A stretch of DNA of 60,042 nucleotides, the filler included, from Dirinaria sp. TL-2023a (lineage: Eukaryota): NCBI GenBank assembly GCA_051941275.1. It is 3 parts of 3 records of this genome, joined end to end, with 100 filler letters (N's around TTAATTAATTAA, not from the genome) between each part and the next. Parts side by side here need not be neighbours in the genome. Positions count along the whole stretch, not along the records: positions 1 to 19,977 come from JAVEBF010000306.1; positions 20,078 to 40,037 come from JAVEBF010000307.1; 1 more part is not named here. One strand, 5' to 3'. Below the pieces are notes generated by a model. The model did not search any database. It was not told the origin of the DNA and saw only the letters and a list, made by a program, of their open reading frames with translations. The translations under genes were made by a program, and so were the position numbers. Positions within the stretch are counted from its first letter, which is position 1. Every line of letters starts with the position of its first letter. Below, piece by piece: positions 10,522 through 23,000 of this stretch.

Positions 10522-13416
10522 ATGCCCCGAGGAGCAAAGAAGACCGCACACCAGCACAACAGTCGCCATGAAAATGGAGTCGTCGCTCCTGGCAAGAGAA
10601 TAACGAAGCAGAAATCGAATGGCAACATCGACGCGAGTGCAGAGGGAAGTCCACGCACTGGAGCTACACCCTCAAGCTCCTCAGTCACTCAACCGTCTGT
10701 GCAGGTGCTTGATAGAACCGCAAACAGTCTACCGGCAAGCATCAAGAATGGTACCCGGACCGCCGATCAGTCTGGGAGCAGGGATTCAGGGGACGTGTCC
10801 GAGGACGCGGAGCCTCTTGCTACTGGGCCCACTAACGGTGTGCCGGAGCACGGTCACCGCAGAATCGACGTCAATGCTGCGAAAAGCCCGAATCTTCACG
10901 AGAAGGGCGTAATGAGCCTAGCGCTTACCATATTATGGTCTTGCCCGATCGCGGACACTATCGCTATTCTCATCTTCCTGCTCGCCCTGCCTCCAACGTT
11001 CCTCGCTCTCACAAACACACTGTTCGCTATTCTTACCTTCATGCCATCAGCAAGTTCCCTATCATCCTTTCCCACGACACTCAACGACGTCTTCCAGGGT
11101 TCTGGTGGCGCTCCCTCGCTGGCGACTATCATCTTGACAGACCTCATAGGCTTGGTTCTCTGGCTTGTTGTGTGGACGCCAGTGCAAGTATTGTCTCTGG
11201 AGCTTGCGCAAGCAGTAGTGGCCACAACTCTCGGTGGCGGCAATTCAGTCAAGAACAAAGGCTCAGACAATACTTTCATCTGCATGGGTCTCGTGGTCGT
11301 CAGTCATGTTGCTCGACACAAATGGATACCGAATCGATTCTTTGGATATGACTGGTCTGTTCGCTTGGCTTCGTTATCGAATATGTCTTTGGGACAAGCA
11401 TCATTTTCAAGCAGCGATGTAGTTACAAGCCGCACCTACGCGAGCTGGTTTCGACTTCTGATTACTTTGCATATTTTGATACAGGGCCTGGTGCATGTCG
11501 TCAGGCGGTGGTACGCTCGAAAAGAGCACAAGCGACCTACATCCAGCAACAAAAGATCAGATCCAGAGGCTACCATTGAATCCCCAATCCGTCCGGAAAC
11601 TATACCCCCAGGTAGCCCTGGCCTTGCAACAAGTGCACCTCAAGACCTTGCAGCCCGGTCATCGTTACCCAATATGAGAGAACCACGGGATAAGACCGCG
11701 AGCAACAAAAAGAAGAAGAGGCAAGGGACTTATGTCAGGAGCCAGCAACCACTCTGGGCCGCTTTCGCTGCTACAAAAGTCACAATCTGCCGAGAATTCG
11801 ATCAATCTAAGGTGCTCCAAGAGGCCAGTGGTTCGAATGCTACAGACACCAAGAATCTTGGCAGTGCCCCGTTTCTGGACCAGGAATGTCAAGTGTGGAT
11901 AACTAATGTACGATCAAGAAGCTTCTCTTTTGACACAAGCCATTTTGCTAGCCATGTCTCCGAGAATGACTCCACAGCTGGCGCTGCGAAGGCAGCGATA
12001 GACCGTTCAAAACCGTTCTATATCCGCGTGAACGGAGCTCATTGGACGTCAGCCACAGTCGAGCGGCTACCGAAACACCAAACAAAGGACGACAGTGCGG
12101 AAGAGCATTGGACAGGCGAGGTTTTCGGACTCTCGCCATCGTCTAGCTATATATGCAGCTTCGTCCGAAGCGAGGATGATGTGGAGATATTCACTACGAG
12201 CCTCTCCACTCAATCCTCGCCTATGGTCGATAATGGTATGCAAATTGAAGCCATTACGACTGCACAGCCACTAAAATTGCCAGCAGAAATGTCCGCTCTT
12301 GCAAACTCGCCTCTCCAACCACATCGTCCAGCCTCACCAACTAGTCCTACGACTACCCTCAAAAATTCGATCGCGGCGTGCGAGACGAGTCTCACAGAGT
12401 CACAAGCACGGCATAAGCGTGGAAAGAAGGACAGCAAAGCATTGACTTTGTCAATGAAAAAGGAGATCGAAAGCTTTACTACCAAAATCGCAAAACTTGG
12501 GGGCGATGACAAAGCTCAAACCTCACGCCAACTGCAGTGGAACCAACACATGCGTCAGGCAGACGAGGCGGTCGCCGCAATCTCTAGCGAATTGGATTCC
12601 ATGGGTTCTGTGCCGGAAGACGATGCAAAGCAGTGGCAGCAGGCGAAGAGCCAATGGGAATTGGAAAAGGATAACCAGAACAACGCAAGAGACGAGCTTT
12701 TCCGCTGCAAGGATTCCGCCCATCAGGAGAAAGCTGCCGCCCAAGCCGAGGGCACTTCAACGCAACAGAAGCGTGACCGGCTGACCACACGTGTACAGAA
12801 GCTCAACGAACACCGTGAACGACTTGTATCAGCTACTACAGAAGGTCTCAGCGAGAAGGAGCGTAGGGAAGCTGAAATGGCAGCCAAATCTGCAGACCGT
12901 CGCCAATTTGAAGAAAAGAGCCAGGAACAGGCCAACAATATCCAAAGATCCATTCAGGAAGCCCAGTTCAACGCCCAGCAAGCGTGGCAACAAGCTCAGG
13001 TTCTCCAAAACGCGTACCAGCAGCAGCAAATGGTTAACTCTACCAATGACGAGCCGACCACACCTGAAGGTAATATCCCTGGTACAGTACCATCGACTGC
13101 CTCCGCCTTCCGATTTCCCGGGTTCACGTCAGCAGACCCAAGCACCCTACGAGGCGGCGCCCCGGGATCTCAACGGTTCGATGCACGCCCTCGATCGACA
13201 TCTGCTTTCTCTGGTAACAGCTTGTATACTGAGTTCGATGATCAAGATCCTGCACCGCCCATGCCGTCTCTCCGACCGATTGGTAAGCTGAGAGCTCGAA
13301 AGACAAGCGGTAGCAGTGGTAGTGGAAGCGGTGGTAGCCAGCGTGATCCCATGAGCCCCGTCGGTGCTTTTCGGCCTAGCCCTGTGGATAAGCGATCGAG
13401 TCCTGTATGGAATTGA
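10522..13416 (+). CDS. acrB: Ubiquitination network signalling protein AcrB-like (TM segments plus coiled coil)
   Basis: Start MPRGAKK...ENGVVAPGKRITKQKSNG, hydrophobic block CPIADTIAILIFLLALPP, QQPLWAAFAATKVT, long C-terminal coiled coil. Probable in-frame intron 12236-12283/12286. Confidence 0.8.
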   Translation: MPRGAKKTAHQHNSRHENGVVAPGKRITKQKSNGNIDASAEGSPRTGATPSSSSVTQPSVQVLDRTANSLPASIKNGTRTADQSGSRDSGDVSEDAEPLATGPTNGVPEHGHRRIDVNAAKSPNLHEKGVMSLALTILWSCPIADTIAILIFLLALPPTFLALTNTLFAILTFMPSASSLSSFPTTLNDVFQGSGGAPSLATIILTDLIGLVLWLVVWTPVQVLSLELAQAVVATTLGGGNSVKNKGSDNTFICMGLVVVSHVARHKWIPNRFFGYDWSVRLASLSNMSLGQASFSSSDVVTSRTYASWFRLLITLHILIQGLVHVVRRWYARKEHKRPTSSNKRSDPEATIESPIRPETIPPGSPGLATSAPQDLAARSSLPNMREPRDKTASNKKKKRQGTYVRSQQPLWAAFAATKVTICREFDQSKVLQEASGSNATDTKNLGSAPFLDQECQVWITNVRSRSFSFDTSHFASHVSENDSTAGAAKAAIDRSKPFYIRVNGAHWTSATVERLPKHQTKDDSAEEHWTGEVFGLSPSSSYICSFVRSEDDVEIFTTSLSTQSSPMVDNGMQIEAITTAQPLKLPAEMSALANSPLQPHRPASPTSPTTTLKNSIAACETSLTESQARHKRGKKDSKALTLSMKKEIESFTTKIAKLGGDDKAQTSRQLQWNQHMRQADEAVAAISSELDSMGSVPEDDAKQWQQAKSQWELEKDNQNNARDELFRCKDSAHQEKAAAQAEGTSTQQKRDRLTTRVQKLNEHRERLVSATTEGLSEKERREAEMAAKSADRRQFEEKSQEQANNIQRSIQEAQFNAQQAWQQAQVLQNAYQQQQMVNSTNDEPTTPEGNIPGTVPSTASAFRFPGFTSADPSTLRGGAPGSQRFDARPRSTSAFSGNSLYTEFDDQDPAPPMPSLRPIGKLRARKTSGSSGSGSGGSQRDPMSPVGAFRPSPVDKRSSPVWN

Positions 13417-14354
13417 TTCTGGTCTCTGAGGCGCGCTCTGCCAAGCATTCATTCCAAGCAGTGCATTTAGGTAAAGCAATACATCTTAGATCTTCTTTGC
13501 TAGTCTTCGCCAACATCGTTACTTGCCCAGTGCTCGACTATTCGCATGAGTATACGAGCTCGTCTAAGAAATGCTTTTGATTTTGTTGTCCATAATCTGT
13601 TCATCTGACATGTTCGAGATGCATTGATCCCTTATGTTGGTTGCGTTCATGTATGCTTCCATTCATCACCGTAAGCGAGGCTGGTTGTTCGCTTGCCCTA
13701 ATGTATCGATCCGCAACATTTTACGAGTCCATGCCTTAATCCAATGTCCTGCCAAATTCCAGATCCCCCTTTTACAAAACGCCCAATCCTGCGCCCTTAG
13801 ACAATCCGAGGACCTTGCATCTCATGAGACCATTACGGTCTACTTGAATCTAGAATGAGCAAGAGCAATGCCGTCCGCGCCTTCCCAGGTCCGGCCCTGC
13901 AAATCACACAACGTCTTAGTCAAACCAGCTCGGAAGAAGTCATCTGGTGAACATGATCAGCGGAGGCCTATCCAAGATACATCTCTGCTTACGTTTCCCG
14001 GAAATTTCCATTCTCACCGCCCCCCTATCTCATCGTCGTTGAAGAAACAACAGCTTCCTACACAGCTTGACTTATTCTCAGTGCGGCAAGGTACGAAACA
14101 TATACCAGGTAAATCCAACCCCTGGCATCAGAAACTTCTAGTTTAACCGGATAGTAGGAGCTGCGGCTTGGGGACAGCAAAGCAAGCATCACACAAGGGA
14201 CCTTAATTTGCTGTCAGCTAAGCAAGATTCACTTGAATCATTGCCAACAATTCACCCAGCCAACAGATCCAGTTGCAGGAATTTACCTTCACTCGAGAGT
14301 TCATTATCGCCCGCGAAACCGTACTCGGAAAAATCGATTATAGGAGCCGAGAGC

Positions 14355-15290
14355 ATGGGGAACAACGTCTCTTCGATAATGAAAAAAGATAGGAAACGGC
14401 AAGCAGACTCTCCAGAAACCGACATCACCGACGACGGCTGTTCAGCGCCCAGCCTGCTGCCTACACCTCACAACATTTCTCCCCTTCGAGTACTGCTTCG
14501 AAGGGCGAGTGCTTCGACACTGCACCTACCTAGCAGCAGGCGGATGGACAAAAGAGAAAATTCTCCAGCAAGGCTGCCGAAGGTCCAAGAAGATCTTCTA
14601 GCGGACCCCGACAGTACGCCTATCGTCTCTCCTATTCCTCAGCCCGCCAAACCTTCAATTGCCCTCCCGAACCTTTCGCTATCAGCGCCCAGCCCAGAGC
14701 AAGGCGCTGCCACCGAAGATAAAGTTCCCAACCAATCCCTACCCGCAACAGCCCCGACATTGTCTCCGCCGTTATCCTCGTCTGCTTTGTCTCCACCACT
14801 GTCGGTGAACATACTGTCCCGGCCATCATCTGTCAACTCACAATCACGGTCGAGCATCTACAGTCCTTTCACAAAGCCGCGCACGCCTGTTACAATCAAA
14901 GCCCCACCCATAACGTCGATTCACTACAGCTGCTATCAGTCTCACTCCCGCGTGTTCAAGTTGCCAAATAAGCACTATCCCGTCCCTTGCATGGTTTGCA
15001 AAGTGGACAATCGAGAACAGAGATGGAAATGCACATGGTGCTGCCTTAGGATATGTACGGATTGCATGGAATCTTTGAAGAAGATCGAGGGAAGGACTCT
15101 GCGCGATCTCGTGCGAAGAATGGAGCAAAAGAGAGAGAACCACTGGACGGCGATGGGAGGACAAAATTCTCGAGTGGAAAGCCACGGTGTTGCGCATCTT
15201 GAAACAAGAAAAGCCGGGAGCAGCAGCGCAACTATCACCAGCAGTGATGAAGCGAAACAGCTGCGTAAAATGGGTCTGACAAGAGTATAA
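14355..15290 (+). CDS. Hypothetical protein: Pro/Ser-rich linker plus C-terminal Cys-rich zinc-finger-like domain
   Basis: First ATG of the ORF gives MGNNVSS. C-terminal CYQSH...CMVC...CTWC...CTDC pattern. Confidence 0.7.
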   Translation: MGNNVSSIMKKDRKRQADSPETDITDDGCSAPSLLPTPHNISPLRVLLRRASASTLHLPSSRRMDKRENSPARLPKVQEDLLADPDSTPIVSPIPQPAKPSIALPNLSLSAPSPEQGAATEDKVPNQSLPATAPTLSPPLSSSALSPPLSVNILSRPSSVNSQSRSSIYSPFTKPRTPVTIKAPPITSIHYSCYQSHSRVFKLPNKHYPVPCMVCKVDNREQRWKCTWCCLRICTDCMESLKKIEGRTLRDLVRRMEQKRENHWTAMGGQNSRVESHGVAHLETRKAGSSSATITSSDEAKQLRKMGLTRV

Positions 15291-15441
15291 GTATGCTTCT
15301 CGTGATGGTGCAATAATGGCTTGAAGGATGAGCATCGCTGTTGCACTAGTTTTTGTTTGGTGGACATGGCTGAGGATTAATGGCTGCCGAGCTCGCAAAA
15401 AGTAACCTTACCGTTGTATCATTTTTGGACAAGCTTCGAAG

Positions 15442-16340
15442 CTACCTGTCCTGCTCTTGTTTTTGACTCTCACCGGTACCCATTACGTTGGTGATGAAGT
15501 CTTGATACCTGAATACCTCCCCTCTAGGTGCTCCGCATATGCCCTTGGCAAACTCTCTCCGGCCTTTGAAGCCATCAATGACTTGGTCGATATCTCTCTC
15601 ATCCAGCGGCCGTTCTCCACCCGCTGGACTCGTGTGCAACAGTGCACCTCGGAGCTCTTTCACATCTATTTGGCCGCTATCGTCTTCGTCAAAAGCCGCA
15701 AATGCGTTGGCTAGCTCCTGCTGAGAAGACAAGGGCGCAAGCAGCGAGGAAAGCGTATGTAAAAAGGATGGCATATTGAGCGTCTGGGGGGCGCCCGGGG
15801 GGAAGAATTGCGCAACTGTGGAAGGATTCGCCTCTTGACCTGCGGCCTTCTGTCAGTATAAGAGTGCATGAGTAGCTATCTATCGGATGAATTACCAAGG
15901 TTTGTGAGCATGTCCACAACGTCTTCCCTCCCAACCTGCCCATCTCCATTCCGATCCAGAACCTGAAAAGCCTCCCGCAATTCTCTAGCCCGTGCAGTTG
16001 GGAGCTTCGAAAGCGCATCGGCATTGACGGGCGCTGGCTTTGCTGTGAGATTCGACTGCATCGATACTGTTCGCGCTCCCCGCGTCGGTGATGCCGGTGG
16101 TTCTCGAGGTGCTATGGATGGGCTCATACTCCGAGGCATCCAGCCCCCCTCACTTGAAATGGGCGTCGATGTATTCTGGAGTTTTGACGGTGATTGGGCG
16201 GGCGTTTGAAGTTTTGTAGGGGAAAGTGGGGAGGATGGCCTTAAAGAGGGGGAGGGCGATTCGGGCCGACGAAAGGGGGAGGTGCGAGGTGAACCAAAGG
16301 ATAGAGGAGAAGGCGACGAGGGCTTGTAAGTCGCCGACAT
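15442..16340 (-). CDS. EF-hand protein, myosin regulatory light chain-like, 2 exons
   Basis: ELREAFQVLDRNGDGQVGREDV and AFAAFDEDDSGQIDVKEL EF-hands after a Ser/Pro-rich extension. One intron at about 15840-15893. Confidence 0.8.
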
Positions 16341-17073
16341 AGCCTGAAAAATAACAGTGTCAACATAACGAGGTAGGCCCTCGTATGGGAAGCCCCCAAG
16401 ATGCGTAAGAGAGCAGGGTCACGAACCATTGCTGGAGAGAGAGAGAATTCAGAAGCGCTTGATTGGGCTGTGGTTACTGAGAGGACTGACAATTGCTGAA
16501 GAGTTCGTAGTCTTTGTCCTGGCCAGCTCAGGTCTGAAATGGATCCGTTTCGACCATAAGTTGTTACCTTACTTTAGTTATCACAGAAGACCCTCAACCT
16601 GAGCGAGGAGTGGATGTAAACAATGCCAAGCTTTGGATTGCTAGCCGGTACGGAGTTTTGCGGAGTTGGCTACCCACTGTAGGTTAGTCCCCCAGAGTGT
16701 CCCCCGACTCCCCCCAGGAATCAGAAACGCGGCCCGCAATTGCTCCCCTGTCGATCTGGACCTTCTCAGGCCTCGGCTTCCGACGACCCCTCGCCATTGC
16801 GGCGGTCAAGCAAATGTGAGAAACAACGGGCCAGGCGATCAGGAGTATGTAGACCTTGCGCCTTCGGCCTTTCGCCTTTTACTTTCTCCTTTCTCCTCAT
16901 AAGTCTTTGACGAAGCATACATACTGTGACGAGTGGTATAATGAATTTCTTTTTATCAAGGCAGGAGCTGGCCCATGTACCCTGATACCGTGCAGCAGCT
17001 AATGCAACGCAGGTTTCCTTTGAATGCCAGCACACCAGTTTAGCAGGACTCTTGTCATACCGAATTGCGAAGC

Positions 17074-19641
17074 ATGACTTCTGTTCTATCATATCGACCA
17101 TCGACAAGCGGAACTTCAGGCACGCACAATCATAGTTTGAACGGCCAGGGTTCATCGTCCTCATTTCCTTCCTCGCGCGCACCATCAAACCCTTCGGTAC
17201 GCAATGCCGTACCCACGGAGAACCCACCGCCTTTGCCATATCGAGGCTCCGCCAGCCGCTCGCGTACTCCTTCTACACCATCCTCCATGATGCCTGCAGC
17301 TCAGCGAACGAACGTCACTGCGCGCGGAGGCAGATTAAGATCGCGGTACCCCGCTGATTCCCCCGAACGGCATGTGGAATATATACTTGTCGCCGCTTTC
17401 CATGTCGACCGAGGACCAATTATGGAGCATCAATATCCAGGAGCAATAAGCGGAGATGAGAATATGCTTGCAGAATTGATGTTGCCCGATCAAGCACATA
17501 TGAGGAAAGAAGATTGGACCATATTCTTTCTACACAAGGACACTAGTGAAACATCGAGTCACCACAGTACTACTAAGCCCCAAAGCAAAAGGCGCAAGCC
17601 AAGTAGGGATGACCAGATACAGACGAACGAGATTGATGAGGACACTGGTGAAGGCAATGAAACGCAAACTCACCCTGGAACGAATACTGACCTCGAGGAA
17701 GAGCTGGAGGGAGGAGAAGGACCGCCGCTGATTTATGTACTCAATCTAGTTAACACAAAAACAGACACTACAGCCAAACGGTCCGCACACTTCGAAGCTC
17801 TCAAAATGTATCTAGCTAATCTTGGTTTCTCCATAGGGGCGCCGTTGTAAAAGCCATGGCCATTTGCACACGCCACTCATTTCTCCACATATATAAGGTA
17901 AGACCGGTACCTTCTTCTCTCGCAGTTGGACCAGGCGCTAATGCCAGAGCAGCCACTTCTACTATTAGCCTTAGAGGAGTACTTCAAATCGCCTTTCCCT
18001 GAGACGCTAGCTGCATTGTATGACGCTGTTAATTCTATGGACTTATCTTTGATGCCTCGATTGTCAAGCCTAGAGCGACATATCCTTTCAGCGAGTGATA
18101 CTAAGGATCTTTTCGTTGAAAAATTTGAGCAGATGATCCAGCAGCGCATGGCTGAAGACTCTAGATCAAATTCCATCGCCTCCCCTGACTCGGTATCGAA
18201 ATCAAACGCAGAGCTCCTTCGTCCTGGACCTCGCTATGTACCTCCCAGGGATACCCATGAGTTCGAATCAAGAGTGATCTACAACCACATACCGGTCCCA
18301 ATCAAAGTTCCTACTTCGCTAGCCCCCGAAACAGTCGGCGATTTCTCCCTGATCAAGCTCATCCAGATCTTTTCGGAACCGCACGCCAAGTCACCCCAGC
18401 CTTTCGCTCTCCATGCGCACCTCACCACGTCCGGACCTCACACGCACCCGATCATAGTACTCATTAATGCTCTTCTCACTCAAAAACGGATCATCTTCCT
18501 GGGTCATAATCGCCCGAGCGGTGAAGTCGCCGAAGCTGTTCTTGCGGCTTGCGCTCTGGCATCCGGCACTATTCTCCGTGGCTTTACGAGGCACGCCTTC
18601 CCTTACACCGACCTCACCAAGATCGAGGATCTGCTAAACGTGCCCGGATTCATCGCCGGAGTAACGAATCCAGCCTTTGCCTCCCATCCTGAATGGTGGG
18701 ACATCCTCTGCGACGTGCCCACGGGGCGCATGAAGATATCTCATCGTATCGACCCAGCACCCGTAACCGACGGTTTTCTCAATTTCCAACAGCAACACCC
18801 AAACTTCGCACCAACCCTCAACGGCTCCGGCCTTTCCTCATCCGGGCCTTCCACTGCGAGCGCCAGCAATGACCCCACCAACGACGCTCTGTTTATCACC
18901 GACATCCTCACCTCCATCACCTCCCGCCACGGCGAATCCGTCATCCGCCAGAAATTCCGCCAATACATCGCCAGGTTCACGCGCATCGCCGCCGCATTCG
19001 AAGAATCCGTCTACGGCGCCTCGGCGCTCTACGTCGGAGCCTCCGACGCCGACGCCGGCGCCCACGGCGTCAAAGGGCACGGGTACGTCTGGGTGGACGA
19101 GAACGCGCGCGGGCGGGAACTCGGGGCCAACGTGTGGCGCATCGAAGGCTGGCGCAACACGCGCAGCTACTACGCCTTCATCCAAGACCTCGCCGCGGCC
19201 TGGGAGCGCTGGCCGATCCGCAGCATCGACCTCGCGCACCAGCACGACCGGCTCCGCTCGCTCAAGCTCTCCCACGACGATTCCGCCGCCATCTACCTCG
19301 CGCTCGCCGCCAGCGTGCACGGCTACGACGACATCTGCCAGCTGCTCACCGTCACGCCCGAGAGCAACGCCGGGCTGTTCTACCTCAGCCTCGGCCTGTT
19401 CCACCCGGAGCGGAGGGTCCGCCAGGCGACTGTCGAGCTGTTGGAGCGCATCAGTCTGCACGAGGCTGGGCGCCATTTCTGGGTGCAGCTGGGCCGGTTC
19501 GCCAAGTTGGCGTTTTGGAGGGTGAAGAAGGAAATGGTGGCTGCGTTGGGGAATGGGAATAGTCCCGTTGACGCCGCGGGCGCAGGAGGAGACGGTGGTA
19601 GTGGTGGTGGGCTGGATGCTAGAGTTCGAGCGGGGAAGTAA
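17074..19641 (+). CDS. mesA: MesA/Afi1-like polarity protein (DENN-related Afi1 + SPA domains), 3 exons
   Basis: [62 protein letters not shown] (after introns at about 17781-17836 and 17898-17950), [23 protein letters not shown]. Confidence 0.85.
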
Positions 19642-19945
19642 AGGCAGAGAGTAGGAACGAGGGAGAAAGAAGGGAAGTTGTAGTAAAGGAAGGGGAAAAG
19701 GAAAAAAAAAGGTGGCGATTGTACTTGCTGGGAATTTTGGTTGGTTGATTGATTGATTGAGTGAGTGAAACGCCTGATGATGATGATAAAAAAAATATTT
19801 TCTTGGTTCGCATGATATGCTATGGCTATGATACCCACGACTTAATCTATACCTACCTTACCTTATCCCTGGGTTTCTGATATATAGCGCTGCAATGTGC
19901 TCTCTCTCTCTCTGTTTTCTGAAGCCCGGGGAATACACCATGTTT

Positions 19946-19977
19946 GGAGGAGGAGGAGGAGGAGGTGGTGGTGGTGG
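19946..19977. repeat. (GGA)n(GGT)n microsatellite at contig end
   Basis: ggaggaggaggaggaggaggtggtggtggtgg directly before the N-linker. Confidence 0.9.
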
Positions 19978-20077
19978 NNNNNNNNNNNNNNNNNNNNNNN
20001 NNNNNNNNNNNNNNNNNNNNNTTAATTAATTAANNNNNNNNNNNNNNNNNNNNNNNNNNNNNNNNNNNNNNNNNNNN
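19978..20077. other. Artificial contig linker N44-TTAATTAATTAA-N44
   Basis: Exactly 100 nt. The core has stops in all six frames and is identical to the linker at 40038. Confidence 0.98.
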
Positions 20078-20087
20078 GGATTCGGGT

Positions 20088-23000
20088 TCAGTTATAGATT
20101 TCGAGCGGCGCCAACCCGTCGATGCTGTACAGCCAATTCCCACCTTGCTCCTCGCGGACCAGCCTGCGAAAATGCGAATGGCGTGTCAGTATGCTAACTT
20201 CAGGGAGGTAGTTGTAGTAGTAGTAGTAGTAGTAGTGGTAAGAGTATGACCCGTTCGGCCCCGCGGGTAGGGTTGGGGGAAAAGAAAGATGAACACATAC
20301 CAATCATAAGGCCAAACCACCAGATGGCCCTGAACCAAGCCCATCAACTCCTCGGCATCAGACCGACTCATGATATCATCGCTGGCATGGAACTCCTTTC
20401 TCGAGCTTCGGGTGGTCGCCCGGCGCCGTCGCTGCTGTCGCTGCTGCTGGGTATTATTGGACAGGGCGGACGAAGAAGCGTTGTGGCTCAACGCATCCGA
20501 GTACGTTGTTCCGCCTGGGGATACCGAGTCCTTCTGCTGCTGCTGTTGATGCTGCAGATAATGATGGCTAGCGGCGTCCGTGTCGAGTGTCGGTAAAGGT
20601 TTGAGAGGCGCAAAGTCCCGAAGGGCAGGGTCGCTGCTTGTGATTTGCGTGCTGTGGTGGGAAGAAGACGGGTCTCCTGAAGCTTTCTCGTTCAGCACTG
20701 CACTACTACCGTTTTTATGGTTGCTTGGCGAGTCACGTCCGTGAGTATCGGCGCGGGTTCGTGCGTCCTGGCGTGCAGCTTGCGCGCGATTGGCTTCCTC
20801 GGCCCAGTCCTCGATTTTGCCCAACGGCTTGTTGCCGTTGTGGTGATTCTGCGGGAGATGATGAAGGATTTTCTCGCCCAGCGTCTCCGCCTTCTCTTCC
20901 GTATCGCCGACTATTTCTCCGATCGGGCCGAGCAGTCGCAGCTTGTCCGCCATGACCCCTTGCCCAGGCGGACCGGAACTCCCCGGCGCATCCTGCTGGA
21001 CTCGGTCTTTGCTTTTGCCGCCGCCTTGAGATTGCGAGAAGCGCTCGGCGTAGGCTGAATATTCTTTGTATTCCTTCCACGTCTTGACTTCGTTATCGGG
21101 CATGCAACGAAACACGCTACGGAAGAGCTTGGTGTTGTTTTCGGCGATGGCGTGCCAGGTGTCCAGGAAGAAGCTGTCGTTGAGAGGATCGCGCATGCAA
21201 TTCTTGTCGACAAACGGCCGCTGCATGTCTGCGACCAAAGGATTCGGTGCGCCAGCCCTGTGATGGATAGGAGGGCCGCCGATGTCGGTGTCGTCAGTTG
21301 TGGGTAGGGGCGGCAACTGCGAGAGTTGAGGAAGGTTCAGCTCGGCCGTCGCGCCGCGAAGTAAAGGCGGTGGTGGAGGGAGCGATTCATTGCCACCAGC
21401 ATTGTCGGACGCAGCCGGTGAAGGGCTTTTCCTAGGCGTGGATGATTTCCGCCTGGAGGCATCCCTCGTGCGACTTGGCAGAAGGACTTCTCGGTCACCC
21501 AATTGAATGGTGTCTCTGCCACCTGCTCTACCTGCTTCCTCTTCGCGAAGCATTTCATCTGCGCCTCCACCTTTGACGTCTTTTCTGTGTTCAGCGTTCT
21601 CACTGACCCGGGGATCTGTGGTCAGGCGTTTGTTAGTGTAAAGATTGGGGTTATTCTTTTGTTCCCAATCGACATCATGGTTGAAACTATGTAATGACTC
21701 TTTGTGAAGAAAAGATTCAAGTATATCGTCCTGCCCCCAAGGTGGTATTTCTGCTTCAGCATTCCGGTTCGATGTTGACGAGCGTGGAAATGCATCGTCA
21801 CCATGGATTCCGTCCATGTCACTCTTAAATTGGTCGGCCTTCTCTTGCTCCGTCTCCAGTCGCTCCTCCTCCATAACTTCGTCGACGTCGACGCCAATAT
21901 GCTCGCGCATCAGCCGCATACGGAGAGTGTGTGGAAAACGCCCGACCAGATACGGCTCCCCGTTCATGGTGGACCACAACATGTCTGTGTCTCTGACCAC
22001 CGCGGCGCATTCGGAATCGCGAGAGCCGAGCATCGAGCGCTCGTTAATGTTGGCAGAACCGATGATGGCTATTTTGTCATCCACCACCATACATTTGGCA
22101 TGGATATAGAGCTGCTCGGTCACCAGCTGCTTAGCGGGCCCGATCATACCCCAGGAGCGCAGTCCGTAAAACTGTATGTAATCTTCCGGCTCAATGCCTT
22201 GAGCTTTGAGCTTCCCAAATATGGACGAGTCACCTCGGCAGATGCTCCTAAACTGGCATTGCATGATAAGTCTGACGCTAGTACCATCTTGACTGTCTAC
22301 TGTATTTTGGAAGCCTGGCATGAGAGGAATCACGATAACGGCCCTCCAAGATTCGCCCTTCTGAGAAGCTCTGATGATTCGCTCGACGAGTGCATTACCG
22401 ATGTGATTCTCGATCCTTGTGCCTTCAACCTCGCAGCTGCTGACGAAGAATTGATTTTCAATGTAAACAAAATGTTCCGACTGCTCGATCATCTTGATAT
22501 AGGCATTCATTATACTGTGTTCGGTCTTGTCCGGAGTCCCGATGGACCACCATGCACATGAGCGCAGGATCTGCACCTCGCAGGTACCTTGAAGTCCTAG
22601 GGCTTCAAGATCCGCGGGGTTGTAATCTGGTGGGGGAAGCAGGAAAGGTGTAGGACGAGTAGGCTTCCGTTGGCGTAGGATAAAATTCCATCTTTGCACG
22701 AAGTGTCTTGATAGATCTCTTGCAGGTTGCCCTACAACTTGCATTGAAATATCATGCCACGGCATCCGAGGGACTTTCGATCTGTCGTACATCTCCTCAT
22801 AAGGCTTATCCAATGCGTAGAAGTCTTGTACACGCGGGTTGGAGTAATCTTTGCCGGGCCACAGTTGGCAATGGTCGGCATCTTTAGGTTTGTCGGACAG
22901 CTCAAAGCCAGTCAGCTTGTCATCTACAACAGTATGTTGGGGTGTGTCCCATCGACCGAAGCATAAGTCGATACCTCCCACAAAGGCTACTGAGTAGTCG

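Noticed and set aside
18741..19838. Long overlapping alternative-frame and antisense ORFs within mesA (also in PLD, GH128 and the last hydrolase)
   Set aside because: Expected by-product of high GC3, which depletes stop codons in other frames.
20022..20033. TTAATTAATTAA palindrome as a biological element
   Set aside because: Synthetic linker core flanked by exactly 44 Ns each side and repeated at 40082.
20186..20300. Poly-Thr C-terminus of PLD shown in the ORF track
   Set aside because: Read-through into intron 20300-20164, which contains a (TAG)n repeat. The real last exon is 20163-20088.
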